Below, in pieces: positions 18,136 through 27,169 of a stretch of 64,000 nucleotides of DNA; positions within the stretch are counted from its first letter, which is position 1, and each line of letters starts with the position of its first letter. Origin of the DNA: Phycisphaerae bacterium (GTDB lineage Bacteria; Planctomycetota; Phycisphaerae; WQYP01). Both the position numbers and the translations under genes were made by a program. The notes beneath the pieces were generated by a model that had not been told where the DNA came from, did not search any database, and worked only from the letters and a program-made list of their open reading frames with translations. The stretch is from assembly GCA_035548175.1 (NCBI GenBank), contig DASZTO010000096.1, positions 9,454-73,453 on the forward strand, in the 5' to 3' direction.

Positions 18136-18663
18136 ATGAAGTTTTCACGTCCCGCCCTTTTTGTCACCCTCCTCGCCGTCACCGGGCTGGCCGCCTGCTC
18201 CACAGCGCCGCGCAGCGAAGATGTGGCCGCGCCGGATATCAACGTCAACCCCGCTCACAGAACCATGATGTCCGGCGAAACGATTGCCGTGACCGCCAAG
18301 ACGGTTAATCTGGTGGGCACGTCGGCGATTCGCTGGACGGTGACGCCGGACACCGGGAGCATCACCCCGCGGGCCAACAATGGCCTGATCGCCATGTTCA
18401 CGGCGAACCAACCGGGCACGTACCTGATCACGGCGTCTGCCGACGCCGGCAATGGCCGCTGGGTCCAGTCCTCCGCCAATGTGACGGTCAACGGCCTGGG
18501 CATCCCGATGAACGGCAACGCCAACGCGAACTACAACAACAACCCGAATTACAACCCGAACAATCCCAACAATCCGAACAACCCCAACTACAATCCGAAT
18601 AACCCGAATAACCCGAATAACCCGAACTACAACCGCAACAACACCAACGCCAACAACCGCTAA
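18136..18663 (+). CDS. Lipoprotein with Ig-like domain and C-terminal Asn/Pro-rich (NPN) tandem-repeat tail
   Basis: AGGAG SD. MKFSRPALFVTLLAVTGLAAC lipobox. Tail NPNYNPNNPNNPNNPNYNPNNPNNPNNPNYN encoded by 9-nt tandem repeats (18540-18650). Confidence 0.7.
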   Translation: MKFSRPALFVTLLAVTGLAACSTAPRSEDVAAPDINVNPAHRTMMSGETIAVTAKTVNLVGTSAIRWTVTPDTGSITPRANNGLIAMFTANQPGTYLITASADAGNGRWVQSSANVTVNGLGIPMNGNANANYNNNPNYNPNNPNNPNNPNYNPNNPNNPNNPNYNRNNTNANNR

Positions 18664-18668
18664 GCTTT

Positions 18669-18701
18669 CCCGGCAGGCGGGGGCGATGGCCCCCCCTGCC
18701 G
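18669..18701 (+). terminator. GC-rich hairpin after the lipoprotein gene (weak U-tract)
   Basis: CCGGCAGGCGGGGGC-gatg-GCCCCCCCTGCCGG (one mismatch) followed by cgcctttctgg. Confidence 0.35.
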
Positions 18702-18883
18702 GCGCCTTTCTGGAACAAGGGGGGTCTCAACAATTTTGTTCGCCGGTCGCGTGAAGCGCCGGCCCCATCTCTGAGCCGACGTGGGGCGCTCCGAGATCGA
18801 AACACCCGCGCATCAGTCGCGGGTGTTTCACTATGCGCGTCGGCGGAGTGGTTCGTGTGTGGCGGGCGTTGGCTTTTGGTTTG

Positions 18884-19399
18884 TCAGCCGAAGAGCTGCG
18901 CGCGGGCGCCGTCGAGGGCTCCCTTGCCCCATCGGCGGGCGGGGCCGAAGGTGGAACGTGCGGCCCAATCTCCGACGGCCCTGTCGAAGGCGGTGGTGCT
19001 GATCAAGAGGGCCGCGACGGGCGCTCCGGTTGTTCTGGCGACCCAGAGCAGGAGGAGGCGAATCCGCCAGCTTAATCCCGCTGCGCCCAGGAGTTCCCAG
19101 GCGAGTTTTCGATCGCTGTCTGGCGGGCCGGCCTCACGGCGGCGCTGCCGGAGGTGGAGGAGCAGGCCCACGAGCACGACAACGGCGACGACGCCGATCA
19201 GGACGCCGGAGCCGGCGCTGCCGCGGTCCTTGCCGGTGTTGTAATCGCGCAGGCCATTGGTGAAATCGTTGAATGTGAGGGTATGGGCGCCGCCCTGGGC
19301 CGCGGGCGCGGCGGTCGCCGGAGGTGCGCTCGGGGTGTCATCCCAGGGGGGCGGGACTGCCTGTGCGATGATCAGGGTGTGCATGTGAGGGATCTCCAT
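18884..19399 (-). CDS. Hypothetical single-TM membrane protein, translationally coupled to the upstream HEAT-repeat gene (TGATG overlap)
   Basis: ATG (complement of 19397-19399) overlaps the HEAT gene stop. Strong C-ending codon bias consistent with local minus-strand genes. One TM helix (VLIGVVAVVVLVGLLL). Confidence 0.45.
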   Translation of the reverse strand: MEIPHMHTLIIAQAVPPPWDDTPSAPPATAAPAAQGGAHTLTFNDFTNGLRDYNTGKDRGSAGSGVLIGVVAVVVLVGLLLHLRQRRREAGPPDSDRKLAWELLGAAGLSWRIRLLLLWVARTTGAPVAALLISTTAFDRAVGDWAARSTFGPARRWGKGALDGARAQLFG

Positions 19400-21321
19400 C
19401 AGGTCCCCGCCGTCACATGGGTCGCGAGGGTGTCCAGGAGGGTTGCCGCACGTTTGCGGACGCGGACGTTGGGGTCGCGCCGCGCCATGGCGGAGACCTG
19501 GCGCACCATCTCGAGAAGCTGGAGTTCCTGCACGACCCAGAGCGCGGACATGCGATGGATGGGGTTCTGATCCATCAGCATTTTGAGCAGGCATTCGCGG
19601 GCCGTTTCGAAGTTGAACCGGCTGATGGCCTTGATGGCGTTGGCCCGCTCCCGGTTGTGGCGGGAGTTGAGCATGGCAAGGACCTGCTGGCTGCGATCGG
19701 CGATGCGGAGCGCTTCCATGCTTTCGATGGCGTTGGCGCGGACGCGCGCGTCGGTGTGATGCGCGGCATGTTCGAGAAGATCCTTGAGGCGGGGATCCTC
19801 GAGGCGTCCCGCGAGCTTGACCGCGATGGCGGCGACGCGGACGTCGGCATGGCCGCAGAGCGCGATGATCTGGGTGCGGAAACCGGCGACGTTGTCGAGC
19901 GAGGAGAGCATTTTGAGGCCCTGCGCGACCTCGGCCACCTGCGTGGATGCGAGGCGGAGGCGGAGGGCGTCGATGAAGGCGGGATCGGTCGCGGCGGCGC
20001 GAGCGTGCGTGTGGCGCATGGCGGGGGGCACCTGGGAGAAGCGTTCCCAGGCTTTTTCAAAGGCGCCGATGTGACCTGACGCCGCCGATTCGACGGCCGT
20101 CGTCATGACAGAGATTCGCGCCACTCCGACGCCGCCGCGGGCGATTTTGCGGACCGAATCATGGCGGCTGCTGGAAAGCCGCGAGGCGAGTCCGCGGTAA
20201 TCCGTGCCGACGCCGACCATGGAGGTGCGGCGGCCCATGATGGTGCGTGCGGCGATTCGCGCCACGCGTTCGTCGGGATCATCCGCCAGCCGCACCAGCA
20301 GTTCCCCGGCCTCTCCGGCGCACGCCCGCGCCGCGGCCTGCGCGATCGCCAGCCGCCACGCCACGCCTTCGGGTCCGACCGGGGACAACTGGAGCATGCT
20401 CTGGAAGAGGGCGGCCTTCTGGACTGGGGGGATCCCGACCTTTTCGATGATGCGAAGCCACCCGGGCCAGTTGTCTTCATTGACCAGTCCACGTCCGGCG
20501 CCTTTCTTAAAAGCGGTCACGAACTTGGCCTGCGCGACGGTCGCGGCCGTCTGCGCGAGGACCGGATCGAGCAGCCGGTAGGCTTCGCCGCAGAGCGCGT
20601 GGAGCATGGCGGGATCATCCGCCGCCGCGAGGCCGGCCATGGCGGCGGGCTTGAGGGTCGATCCGAGCGCCAGGAGTGTGCCGCGGGCGATCATGGGATC
20701 CCTGGGATTTCGCAGCACGAGGGTGGCGGCGCGGGTGGCTTCGTCGTAGGTGTCGCCGAAGCAGGCCCAGGTGTGACCATCCTGCTTGCGTTCGAGGGCC
20801 AGCGCCGCGGTCACAGCGGCCGTCTGCCGGTGGGTCTTGAAGGTGCGCAGACCATGCTCGACGGCCTTTTCCATCTGCTCGGCCTGGTCGCCTTCGCAGC
20901 AGGTGGTCAGATGCTTGCGCACGGCCTCGAGCAGCGCGCGGCCGGCGAGTTCGCGGACCGCCTGGCGGGCGTCGATGAGGGCTTCGACGAGGAGATAGGT
21001 CAGCTTGGCATCAGCGCATTCGCGGACGATGGTGATCACATTTTCGCGCGAGGGGCCGTCGGAATCCTGCATGGTCTCGGCCAGGGGTCCGAACAATTCG
21101 CGGGGGCGCGCCACCATGTCTCGCCGGACGGTTTCGTCGAGCGAGTTGAAGGCGCGGATGAGCGCCACCCAGCCGCCGCGCTTGTTGCGCTCGAGGAGCA
21201 ACTGGGCCAGTTCGTGCTGCTGGTGGGGGAGCGCGGCAGCGAGGACGCGGTCCGCCATGCGCTCGACCGCGACATTGCGCGATGCGAGCAGCTTCTTCAA
21301 AATCGCCTGCCGTGCCGACAT
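19399..21321 (-). CDS. HEAT/PBS-lyase-type repeat protein
   Basis: Start at MSARQAILKK (complement of 21319-21321) within ORF 19399..21531. Repeated AxxALxxLGDxxAxxxL-type HEAT units throughout. Confidence 0.7.
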   Translation of the reverse strand: MSARQAILKKLLASRNVAVERMADRVLAAALPHQQHELAQLLLERNKRGGWVALIRAFNSLDETVRRDMVARPRELFGPLAETMQDSDGPSRENVITIVRECADAKLTYLLVEALIDARQAVRELAGRALLEAVRKHLTTCCEGDQAEQMEKAVEHGLRTFKTHRQTAAVTAALALERKQDGHTWACFGDTYDEATRAATLVLRNPRDPMIARGTLLALGSTLKPAAMAGLAAADDPAMLHALCGEAYRLLDPVLAQTAATVAQAKFVTAFKKGAGRGLVNEDNWPGWLRIIEKVGIPPVQKAALFQSMLQLSPVGPEGVAWRLAIAQAAARACAGEAGELLVRLADDPDERVARIAARTIMGRRTSMVGVGTDYRGLASRLSSSRHDSVRKIARGGVGVARISVMTTAVESAASGHIGAFEKAWERFSQVPPAMRHTHARAAATDPAFIDALRLRLASTQVAEVAQGLKMLSSLDNVAGFRTQIIALCGHADVRVAAIAVKLAGRLEDPRLKDLLEHAAHHTDARVRANAIESMEALRIADRSQQVLAMLNSRHNRERANAIKAISRFNFETARECLLKMLMDQNPIHRMSALWVVQELQLLEMVRQVSAMARRDPNVRVRKRAATLLDTLATHVTAGT

Positions 21322-21526
21322 ATGTGTCTTCCCGGTGTGGGGGTCCGGGAAAATTATCGGTAGCCCCCGGACGCCCCTTTCGCGCAACTTCACCCCCCAA
21401 ACGAGGAAATTTTTGGCTTTTTCCCGATCGAATAGGGGGGTAGTCGGGCGGCGTGTTCGGCCGATAACAATCCGTGCTGCGCTTCCGCCAGAGGAGTTCT
21501 GCGGGGACGGTTCCGAGAATGGGAGA

Positions 21527-21565
21527 ATCAAAAATCGAAAATCGAAGCGCGCTTTCCCCTATAAT
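21527..21565 (+). promoter_or_regulatory. (AAAATCG)x3 heptamer repeat followed by TATAAT -10 box upstream of the aminotransferase gene
   Basis: atcaaaaatcgaaaatcgaagcgcgctttcccctataat. TATAAT at 21560-21565, 26 nt before the ATG at 21592. Confidence 0.3.
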
Positions 21566-21591
21566 CGGCCGTTTTATCGGAGCCCGCATCC

Positions 21592-22797
21592 ATGCCGCCA
21601 TCCTCCCCGCCTTCTGCATCCTCCCCATCCTCCGCCGCGGCTCCGGCCGCAGCGCGTCCGGTCCCGCTGTTCGAGCTGGCGACCCAGTGGCAGATCATCC
21701 GCAATGACGTGGAAGCGGCGGTGAAAGAGGTGCTGGATTCCCAGCAATACACCTCCGGCGCCTCCTCCGGGCCGTTCGTCGGCCGGTTCGAGGAACATCT
21801 CGGGGCCATTCTCAACGCCCGGGTCGTCGCGCTGTCTTCCGGGACCGACGCCATCCTCGCCGCGATGATGGCCCTGGGCGTCGGTCGCGATGAACAGGAC
21901 CGGCCCCACGAGGTCATCACCACCCCCTTTACGTTTTTCGCGACCGCCGGGTGCATCGTGCGGGCCGGCGCGCGGCCTGTGTTTGTGGATATCGATCCGG
22001 CGACTTTTCTCATGGACCTTCAGCAGACAGCCGCCGCCATCACGCCCCGCACGCGCGCCATCGTCCCGGTGCATCTCTACGGCCAGATGCTGGACACCGC
22101 CGCGCTCGCGGCCATCGCCGGGCCACGGCGTCTGGCGATCATTGAAGACGCCGCCCAGTGCATCGGCGCGCGCGATCAGCACGGCCACCAGATCGCTGAG
22201 AACGCCGCCTGCGCCTGCCTGAGCTTCTATCCGACCAAAAATCTGGGCGCCGCCGGAGACGCCGGCGCGCTGGTCACGCGGGATCCCGCCCTCGCGACGC
22301 GTTTCCTTCAGACCCGCCAGCATGGCGAAACCGAACGCTATCACCATGGATTCGTCGGGGGCAACTTCCGCATGGACGCGCTGCAGGCGGCCGTGCTCAA
22401 CGTCAAACTCAAATGGCTCAACGAGTGGAACAACCGCCGCCGCGCCATCGCCGGGTATTACACCCGGCGTTTCACCAGCGAATCCCGGGGGGCCATCATT
22501 CCTCCCGCGGAAATTCCCGGCGCCTTGCACGTTTACCACCAGTACGTCATCCGCGTTGCAGACGGGAAACGTGATGCGCTGCGCGAACACCTCTCCAAAA
22601 ACGGCGTCGGCTCCAACATCTATTATCCCAAACCCCTCCACCTCCAGGCCTGCTTCGCCAACCTTGGCTATAAAAAGGGCGATTTTCCGGTTACCGAAAA
22701 AGCGTGCGAAGAAGTGCTGGCCCTTCCCATCTTTCCCGAGCTCACCGATTCACAGCTGGAACGCGTGGCCGGGGTTGTCCTGTCGTTCTTCCAATAG
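21592..22797 (+). CDS. DegT/DnrJ/EryC1/StrS-family PLP-dependent sugar aminotransferase
   Basis: 401 aa. Conserved family pattern (TPFTFFATAG, PVHLYGQ, AIIEDAAQCIGA, SFYPTKNLGAAGDAGA). Confidence 0.85.
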   Translation: MPPSSPPSASSPSSAAAPAAARPVPLFELATQWQIIRNDVEAAVKEVLDSQQYTSGASSGPFVGRFEEHLGAILNARVVALSSGTDAILAAMMALGVGRDEQDRPHEVITTPFTFFATAGCIVRAGARPVFVDIDPATFLMDLQQTAAAITPRTRAIVPVHLYGQMLDTAALAAIAGPRRLAIIEDAAQCIGARDQHGHQIAENAACACLSFYPTKNLGAAGDAGALVTRDPALATRFLQTRQHGETERYHHGFVGGNFRMDALQAAVLNVKLKWLNEWNNRRRAIAGYYTRRFTSESRGAIIPPAEIPGALHVYHQYVIRVADGKRDALREHLSKNGVGSNIYYPKPLHLQACFANLGYKKGDFPVTEKACEEVLALPIFPELTDSQLERVAGVVLSFFQ

Positions 22798-22971
22798 GGC
22801 CGCCCAGGCTTGATGGCATGCGATGCCTCTGGGAGCGGGAATGGTCCGAAACAGAGGGGGACAATTAGACGGATCCCGTTCGCTGGGTCGTGAAGTTTGA
22901 ATTGCCGGTCGTTCGCTTGCGGCAGTATCATCCTTCGCGACGCACACCTGCCGCCCGTCAAGGAGCCCTTC

Positions 22972-24036
22972 ATGCCGCGCCCCGTCGTCCTTTTCACCGG
23001 CCAATGGGCCGACCTCCCGCTTGAGCAGCTGTGCCAAAAGGCCAAACGGTTCGGGTATGACGGGCTTGAACTGGCCTGCTGGGGCGATCACTTCAACGTG
23101 CAGGAGGCGCTTGACGACAGAAGCTACGTGAAGAAGAAGTGGGCCACGCTTCAGAAGCACGGGCTTACCTGTTACACGCTGGCCGCCCACCTGGTCGGGC
23201 AGTGCGTGTGCGATCCCATCGACGACCGGCACAAAGCGATCCTGCCGGCGCACGTCTGGGGCGATGGCAAGCCGGAAGGAGTGCGCGCCCGCGCCGCCGC
23301 GGAACTTGCCGACACCGCCCGCGCCTCTCGAAAATTCTTCGACGCCGCCCCGCGCGCCATCCAGAACCAGCTCAAATCGTTTGGCGACGGCAAGCACATG
23401 GAACTCACCGTCCCCGGTTTCACCGGCTCTTCAATCTGGCATTATGTGTACGCGTTCCCGCCCGTCGCTCCCGCGCAAATCGATGCCGGCTACCAGGATT
23501 TCGCCCAGCGTTTCAACCCCATCCTCGATATCTTCGATGAGCACGACGTCAGCTTCGCGCTGGAGGTGCACCCCACCGAAATCGCCTTCGACATCGTCTC
23601 GGCCCACCGCGCTCTAGCGGCCCTCGACAATCGCCGCGCCTTCGGCTTCAACTACGATCCCTCGCACCTCGTGTACCAGGGGGTGGATTACGTCCAGTTC
23701 ATCCGCGAATTCGCCGACCGCATTTACCGGGTCCACATGAAAGACGCCTGGAAGTCGGCCGCCGCGCGCCGCTCCGGGGTCTTCGGCGGGCACCTTCCGT
23801 TTGGCGATCCCGAACGGTACTGGGAATTCCGCTCTCTGGGCCATGGATCGGTTGATTTCGAGGAGGTCATCCGCGGCCTGAACTTCGCCAATTACCGGGG
23901 GCCGTTCGCGGTCGAGTGGGAAGACCAGAACATGGACCGCGAGCATGGCGCAGCCGAAGCCGCCGCCTTCGTCCGGCGCCTGGATTTCGCGGGGAGCGAG
24001 ATCATTTTTGACGCGCAGTTCGAGCGCCGGCGATAA
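22972..24036 (+). CDS. Sugar phosphate isomerase/epimerase (xylose-isomerase-like TIM barrel)
   Basis: ATG at 22972 with AAGGAG SD inside ORF 22897..24036. AP_endonuc_2/TIM-barrel pattern ([14 protein letters not shown]...HPTEIAFD). Confidence 0.8.
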   Translation: MPRPVVLFTGQWADLPLEQLCQKAKRFGYDGLELACWGDHFNVQEALDDRSYVKKKWATLQKHGLTCYTLAAHLVGQCVCDPIDDRHKAILPAHVWGDGKPEGVRARAAAELADTARASRKFFDAAPRAIQNQLKSFGDGKHMELTVPGFTGSSIWHYVYAFPPVAPAQIDAGYQDFAQRFNPILDIFDEHDVSFALEVHPTEIAFDIVSAHRALAALDNRRAFGFNYDPSHLVYQGVDYVQFIREFADRIYRVHMKDAWKSAAARRSGVFGGHLPFGDPERYWEFRSLGHGSVDFEEVIRGLNFANYRGPFAVEWEDQNMDREHGAAEAAAFVRRLDFAGSEIIFDAQFERRR

Positions 24037-24038
24037 CC

Positions 24039-24215
24039 ATGCGCGCCGTCTCCGTCATTTTCATGGTGCTGGCCGTCGCGCTGATCGCTCTGGGGCGCCA
24101 GCAGGTGCGGCTTTCCCGCCGCGCGGCCGCTGGCCGGGCCGGCCAGAACGCCATCGGCTGGATGCTCACGCTCGCCGGTTCCCTTTGCATGGTTGTCGGA
24201 GTGATCCTCTGGTGA
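24039..24215 (+). CDS. Unannotated 58-aa two-TM membrane protein
   Basis: MRAVSVIFMVLAVALIALGRQQVRLSRRAAAGRAGQNAIGWMLTLAGSLCMVVGVILW. Starts 2 nt after the isomerase stop. Its TGA overlaps the GTG start of the downstream pseudouridine synthase (GTGA). Third positions are almost all G/C. Below the ORF-track size cutoff. Confidence 0.45.
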   Translation: MRAVSVIFMVLAVALIALGRQQVRLSRRAAAGRAGQNAIGWMLTLAGSLCMVVGVILW

Positions 24216-25021
24216 AACACCATCCGCGACACCCCCCGGAGCGTCCGCCGGCCCGTGCGGCGGTCACCGCGAATCCCGCGATTCCCGTGGCGATCGTTCA
24301 CGAAGACCCTGACCTGCTCATCGTCGACAAGCCCGCCGGCCTGGTCACGCAGCCCGGCAAAGGCCACGCCTCGGATTCGCTGCTCAACGCGGTTTTCGCG
24401 CTGCGCGAGGGACTCATCGGAAAGCTCCTTCAGAACCTGGGCCAGCGGCGCGATTTCGGTCTGCTTCATCGCCTCGATAAGGAGACCTCCGGGCTGCTCG
24501 TCATCGCCAAAACCCCGAACGCCTACGACCAGCTTCGCCGGGATTTTGAAGCCCGCCGCATCGATAAGGAATACCTCGCCCTGACCGCCGGCATACCGAC
24601 ACCCGCCCAGGGGGTCATCCAGGCCAGGCTCAAGGAAGTGGAAATCCCGAACGCCCGATCCACATACGCTTCCATCAAAAAAGTCGTCATCTCCCGCCAG
24701 GGCCAGGAAGCCCTCACCGCTTACAAGGTCCAATCGCACGGCCAAACCCCGCCCGCCGCCCTCGTCCACCTCACCATCAAGACGGGCCGGCTCCACCAGA
24801 TCCGGGCCCATATGCTTTTTCTGAACTGCCAAGTCCTGGGCGACCCCGTCTACTGCCCGCCGAACATCGACCCGCGGGCGTATCCTCACCCCCCACGGCT
24901 ATGCCTCCATGCCACCCGCCTGGGCTTCAAGCACCCTGCGACGGACAAATGGACGCACTTCACGTCGCCGCTTCCGGCGGACCTCACCGCGTACGCCAGG
25001 AAACTGCATCTCAGTGCGTGA
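24212..25021 (+). CDS. RluA-family pseudouridine synthase
   Basis: HRLDKETSGLLVIAKT catalytic-Asp motif, plus LHLTIKTGRLHQIRAHM. Likely GTG start at 24212, since the only in-frame ATG (23945) lies deep inside the isomerase gene. Confidence 0.8.
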   Translation: MKHHPRHPPERPPARAAVTANPAIPVAIVHEDPDLLIVDKPAGLVTQPGKGHASDSLLNAVFALREGLIGKLLQNLGQRRDFGLLHRLDKETSGLLVIAKTPNAYDQLRRDFEARRIDKEYLALTAGIPTPAQGVIQARLKEVEIPNARSTYASIKKVVISRQGQEALTAYKVQSHGQTPPAALVHLTIKTGRLHQIRAHMLFLNCQVLGDPVYCPPNIDPRAYPHPPRLCLHATRLGFKHPATDKWTHFTSPLPADLTAYARKLHLSA

Positions 25022-25213
25022 CCGGCGCATTGAGGGATTGTGGTCAGCGTGGGTCGAAACCTTCGCCGCGCTGGTATGGCAGTTTGGGAAATTTAGGGCG
25101 CAGTGCAGGGAATGCCGTCGGAAAAGCGAAGCGGCCAATTACATCTTGACCGGGAAGCACGATTTTGTTGCCATTTACTGATAATTGGCGGGGCGATTGA
25201 AGGAGGCGAACAC

Positions 25214-25924
25214 ATGCGTGGGCTTTGGTCGATCGGTGTCGCGTGCGGACTGGCGCTGTGGAGTATGAGTCGGGCGCAGGGCGCGACCGTAAGTTTCGAT
25301 TTTTCGGGCACGGCAGGGGTGTCGTCCAGTGTGACGGTGACGGGGTCGAATCCCGCATTTATGGCGACGGCGACGGGGAAGACTTACGCGGCCAGCGTGC
25401 TGTTTGGATCGGTGACTTCGTTTACGAACCCGCCGGCATATGCGTCGGGGACGCTGGTGGCTGTGAATCGATTTGACAACACCTTGGGGGTGGATTCGGA
25501 CAGCGTGAATACGGAAACGGGGACGAATAATCGGCGGATCAATGTGTACAGCAGCTTTGCCGAGGTGTTGTGGGTGACGATCTCGCCGGCGAGCGGGTAC
25601 ACGATCGATTCGGTGACGCTGACGAATGTGGATGTCGGGGAGGCGGGTGGGTTATTGGATGCATCGGGGCACGACCTGACGTTTACGCCGAGCGCTGACG
25701 GGCAGGATTTGACGTTTACGCCGCCGGTGAATGCCAACATTTTCGGGGTGTACCAGGCCAACAAAGTTTCGGGGGCAAGCGCTCCGGGGATCAAGCTGAG
25801 CGGATTCGACATCACGTTATCCGCGACGGCAGCGCCGTTGCCGAGCGCGGTGTGGGGTGGGGCGGTGCTGGTGGGGTTGCTGGGGGTGCGGGTGCGGCGG
25901 AGGGGGAGAGTGTGCATCGGATGA
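25214..25924 (+). CDS. Secreted protein with C-terminal PEP-CTERM-like sorting signal
   Basis: GAAGGAGG SD. Signal peptide MRGLWSIGVACGLALWSMSRAQG. C-terminus PLPSAVWGGAVLVGLLGVRVRRRGR (P-x-P, TM helix, basic tail). Confidence 0.6.
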   Translation: MRGLWSIGVACGLALWSMSRAQGATVSFDFSGTAGVSSSVTVTGSNPAFMATATGKTYAASVLFGSVTSFTNPPAYASGTLVAVNRFDNTLGVDSDSVNTETGTNNRRINVYSSFAEVLWVTISPASGYTIDSVTLTNVDVGEAGGLLDASGHDLTFTPSADGQDLTFTPPVNANIFGVYQANKVSGASAPGIKLSGFDITLSATAAPLPSAVWGGAVLVGLLGVRVRRRGRVCIG

Positions 25925-26172
25925 CCGGCGGACCGGAGGAGGGGGATCGGGCGCTCAGAGGGGGAAAAATGAGGGCATGGGCGTTGACAGTGCGGGGGGT
26001 GGGGCGTTAGAGTGGCCGATCTTGCTGCTGATTTGGCGTGCTTGTGTGCGTGAGATGGGTGGCAAGAGGCGTCGATTGACGCCGGCATGAACAACTGGAG
26101 TTTCTTCGGATCGCCCAACCAGAGTGATCCCGACCGGGCCTGAAACGGCGAGGTCTCCCCCCTCCCCCGAGG

Positions 26173-26205
26173 AGTCAGAAGTCAGTAGTCAGTAGTCAGA
26201 AGTGA
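26173..26205 (+). repeat. Heptamer tandem repeat (TCAGAAG/TCAGTAG)x4 in the rplC leader
   Basis: gagtcagaagtcagtagtcagtagtcagaagtgac. Confidence 0.7.
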
Positions 26206-26414
26206 CGGCGGACTAGTGGCTGTGACCGAGGGCGAGAGGCGGCTGCGAGATTGAAGATCGCCTAATACGGGTCCTGGTTCTGAGGCTGGTGGCTCCTCCC
26301 GATCCTTTAAGAGGGACGGGTGGCGAGACCAGACGGGATATCGCGGTGAACCTGACACTCTCTTCGCTGGAGAGATACGGGTTCAGATGAGGCAGCCGGA
26401 GAGAGAGGAATGCC

Positions 26415-27113
26415 ATGAGCGAGAATGGTACCGCTACTGCTATTGCCCCGTTAGCCGCCTTGCTGGGACGCAAGGTGGGCATGACCCGGATTTACGACGA
26501 GAAGGGCACGATTGTGCCGGTGACCGTCGTGCAGGCGGGTCCGTGCGTGGTGACGCAGGTCAAGACGGAAGACGGAAAAGACGGGTACAACGCGATTCAG
26601 CTTGGGTACGAGGACGTGAAAGAGCGTCGGTCGACCAAGCCGGTGGTGGGGCACTGCAAGAAGACGGGGCAGACCTCGCCGAAGCGTTTCTTCCGGGAAG
26701 TGCGGCTGAAGGACAAGGCGGGGATTGCTGCGGGGAGCACGCTGGACGTGGCGATTTTCGACACGATCAAGTGGGTGGATGTGACGGGGATTTCGAAGGG
26801 GAAGGGTTTCCAGGGCGTGATGAAGCGGTGGAACTTCGGCGGTCAGCCGGCGTCGCACGGGACGGAACGTAAGCACCGTTCGCCGGGCGGTATCGGTGGC
26901 GGCCAGGGCACTCGTGGTCACGGCCGGGCGATCAAGAAAGGCAAGAAGATGGCGGGGCATCTGGGGAGCGAGCAGGTGACGACGCGGAACCTGCTGCTGG
27001 TGGGTGTGGATAAAGAGAAGCACCTGCTGCTGATCAAAGGGACGGTGCCGGGCGCGAACGGCGAAGTGGTGTTTGTGCGGCAGGCGAAGACGATTTTGAA
27101 CAACACGAAGTGA
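26415..27113 (+). CDS. rplC: 50S ribosomal protein L3
   Basis: Conserved L3 sequence (LLGRKVGMTRIYDEKG..., FKGVMKRWNFGGQPASHG). No rpsJ upstream. Confidence 0.95.
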   Translation: MSENGTATAIAPLAALLGRKVGMTRIYDEKGTIVPVTVVQAGPCVVTQVKTEDGKDGYNAIQLGYEDVKERRSTKPVVGHCKKTGQTSPKRFFREVRLKDKAGIAAGSTLDVAIFDTIKWVDVTGISKGKGFQGVMKRWNFGGQPASHGTERKHRSPGGIGGGQGTRGHGRAIKKGKKMAGHLGSEQVTTRNLLLVGVDKEKHLLLIKGTVPGANGEVVFVRQAKTILNNTK

Positions 27114-27157
27114 GAAGTCAAAGACAGTAGTCAGAAGTCAGTAGACGGAAGACAGAA
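27114..27157 (+). repeat. Heptamer tandem repeat spacer (ACAGTAG, TCAGAAG, TCAGTAG, ACGGAAG, ACAGAAG)
   Basis: gaagtcaaagacagtagtcagaagtcagtagacggaagacagaag between rplC and rplD. Confidence 0.7.
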
Positions 27158-27169
27158 GCGGGTTGAGCC

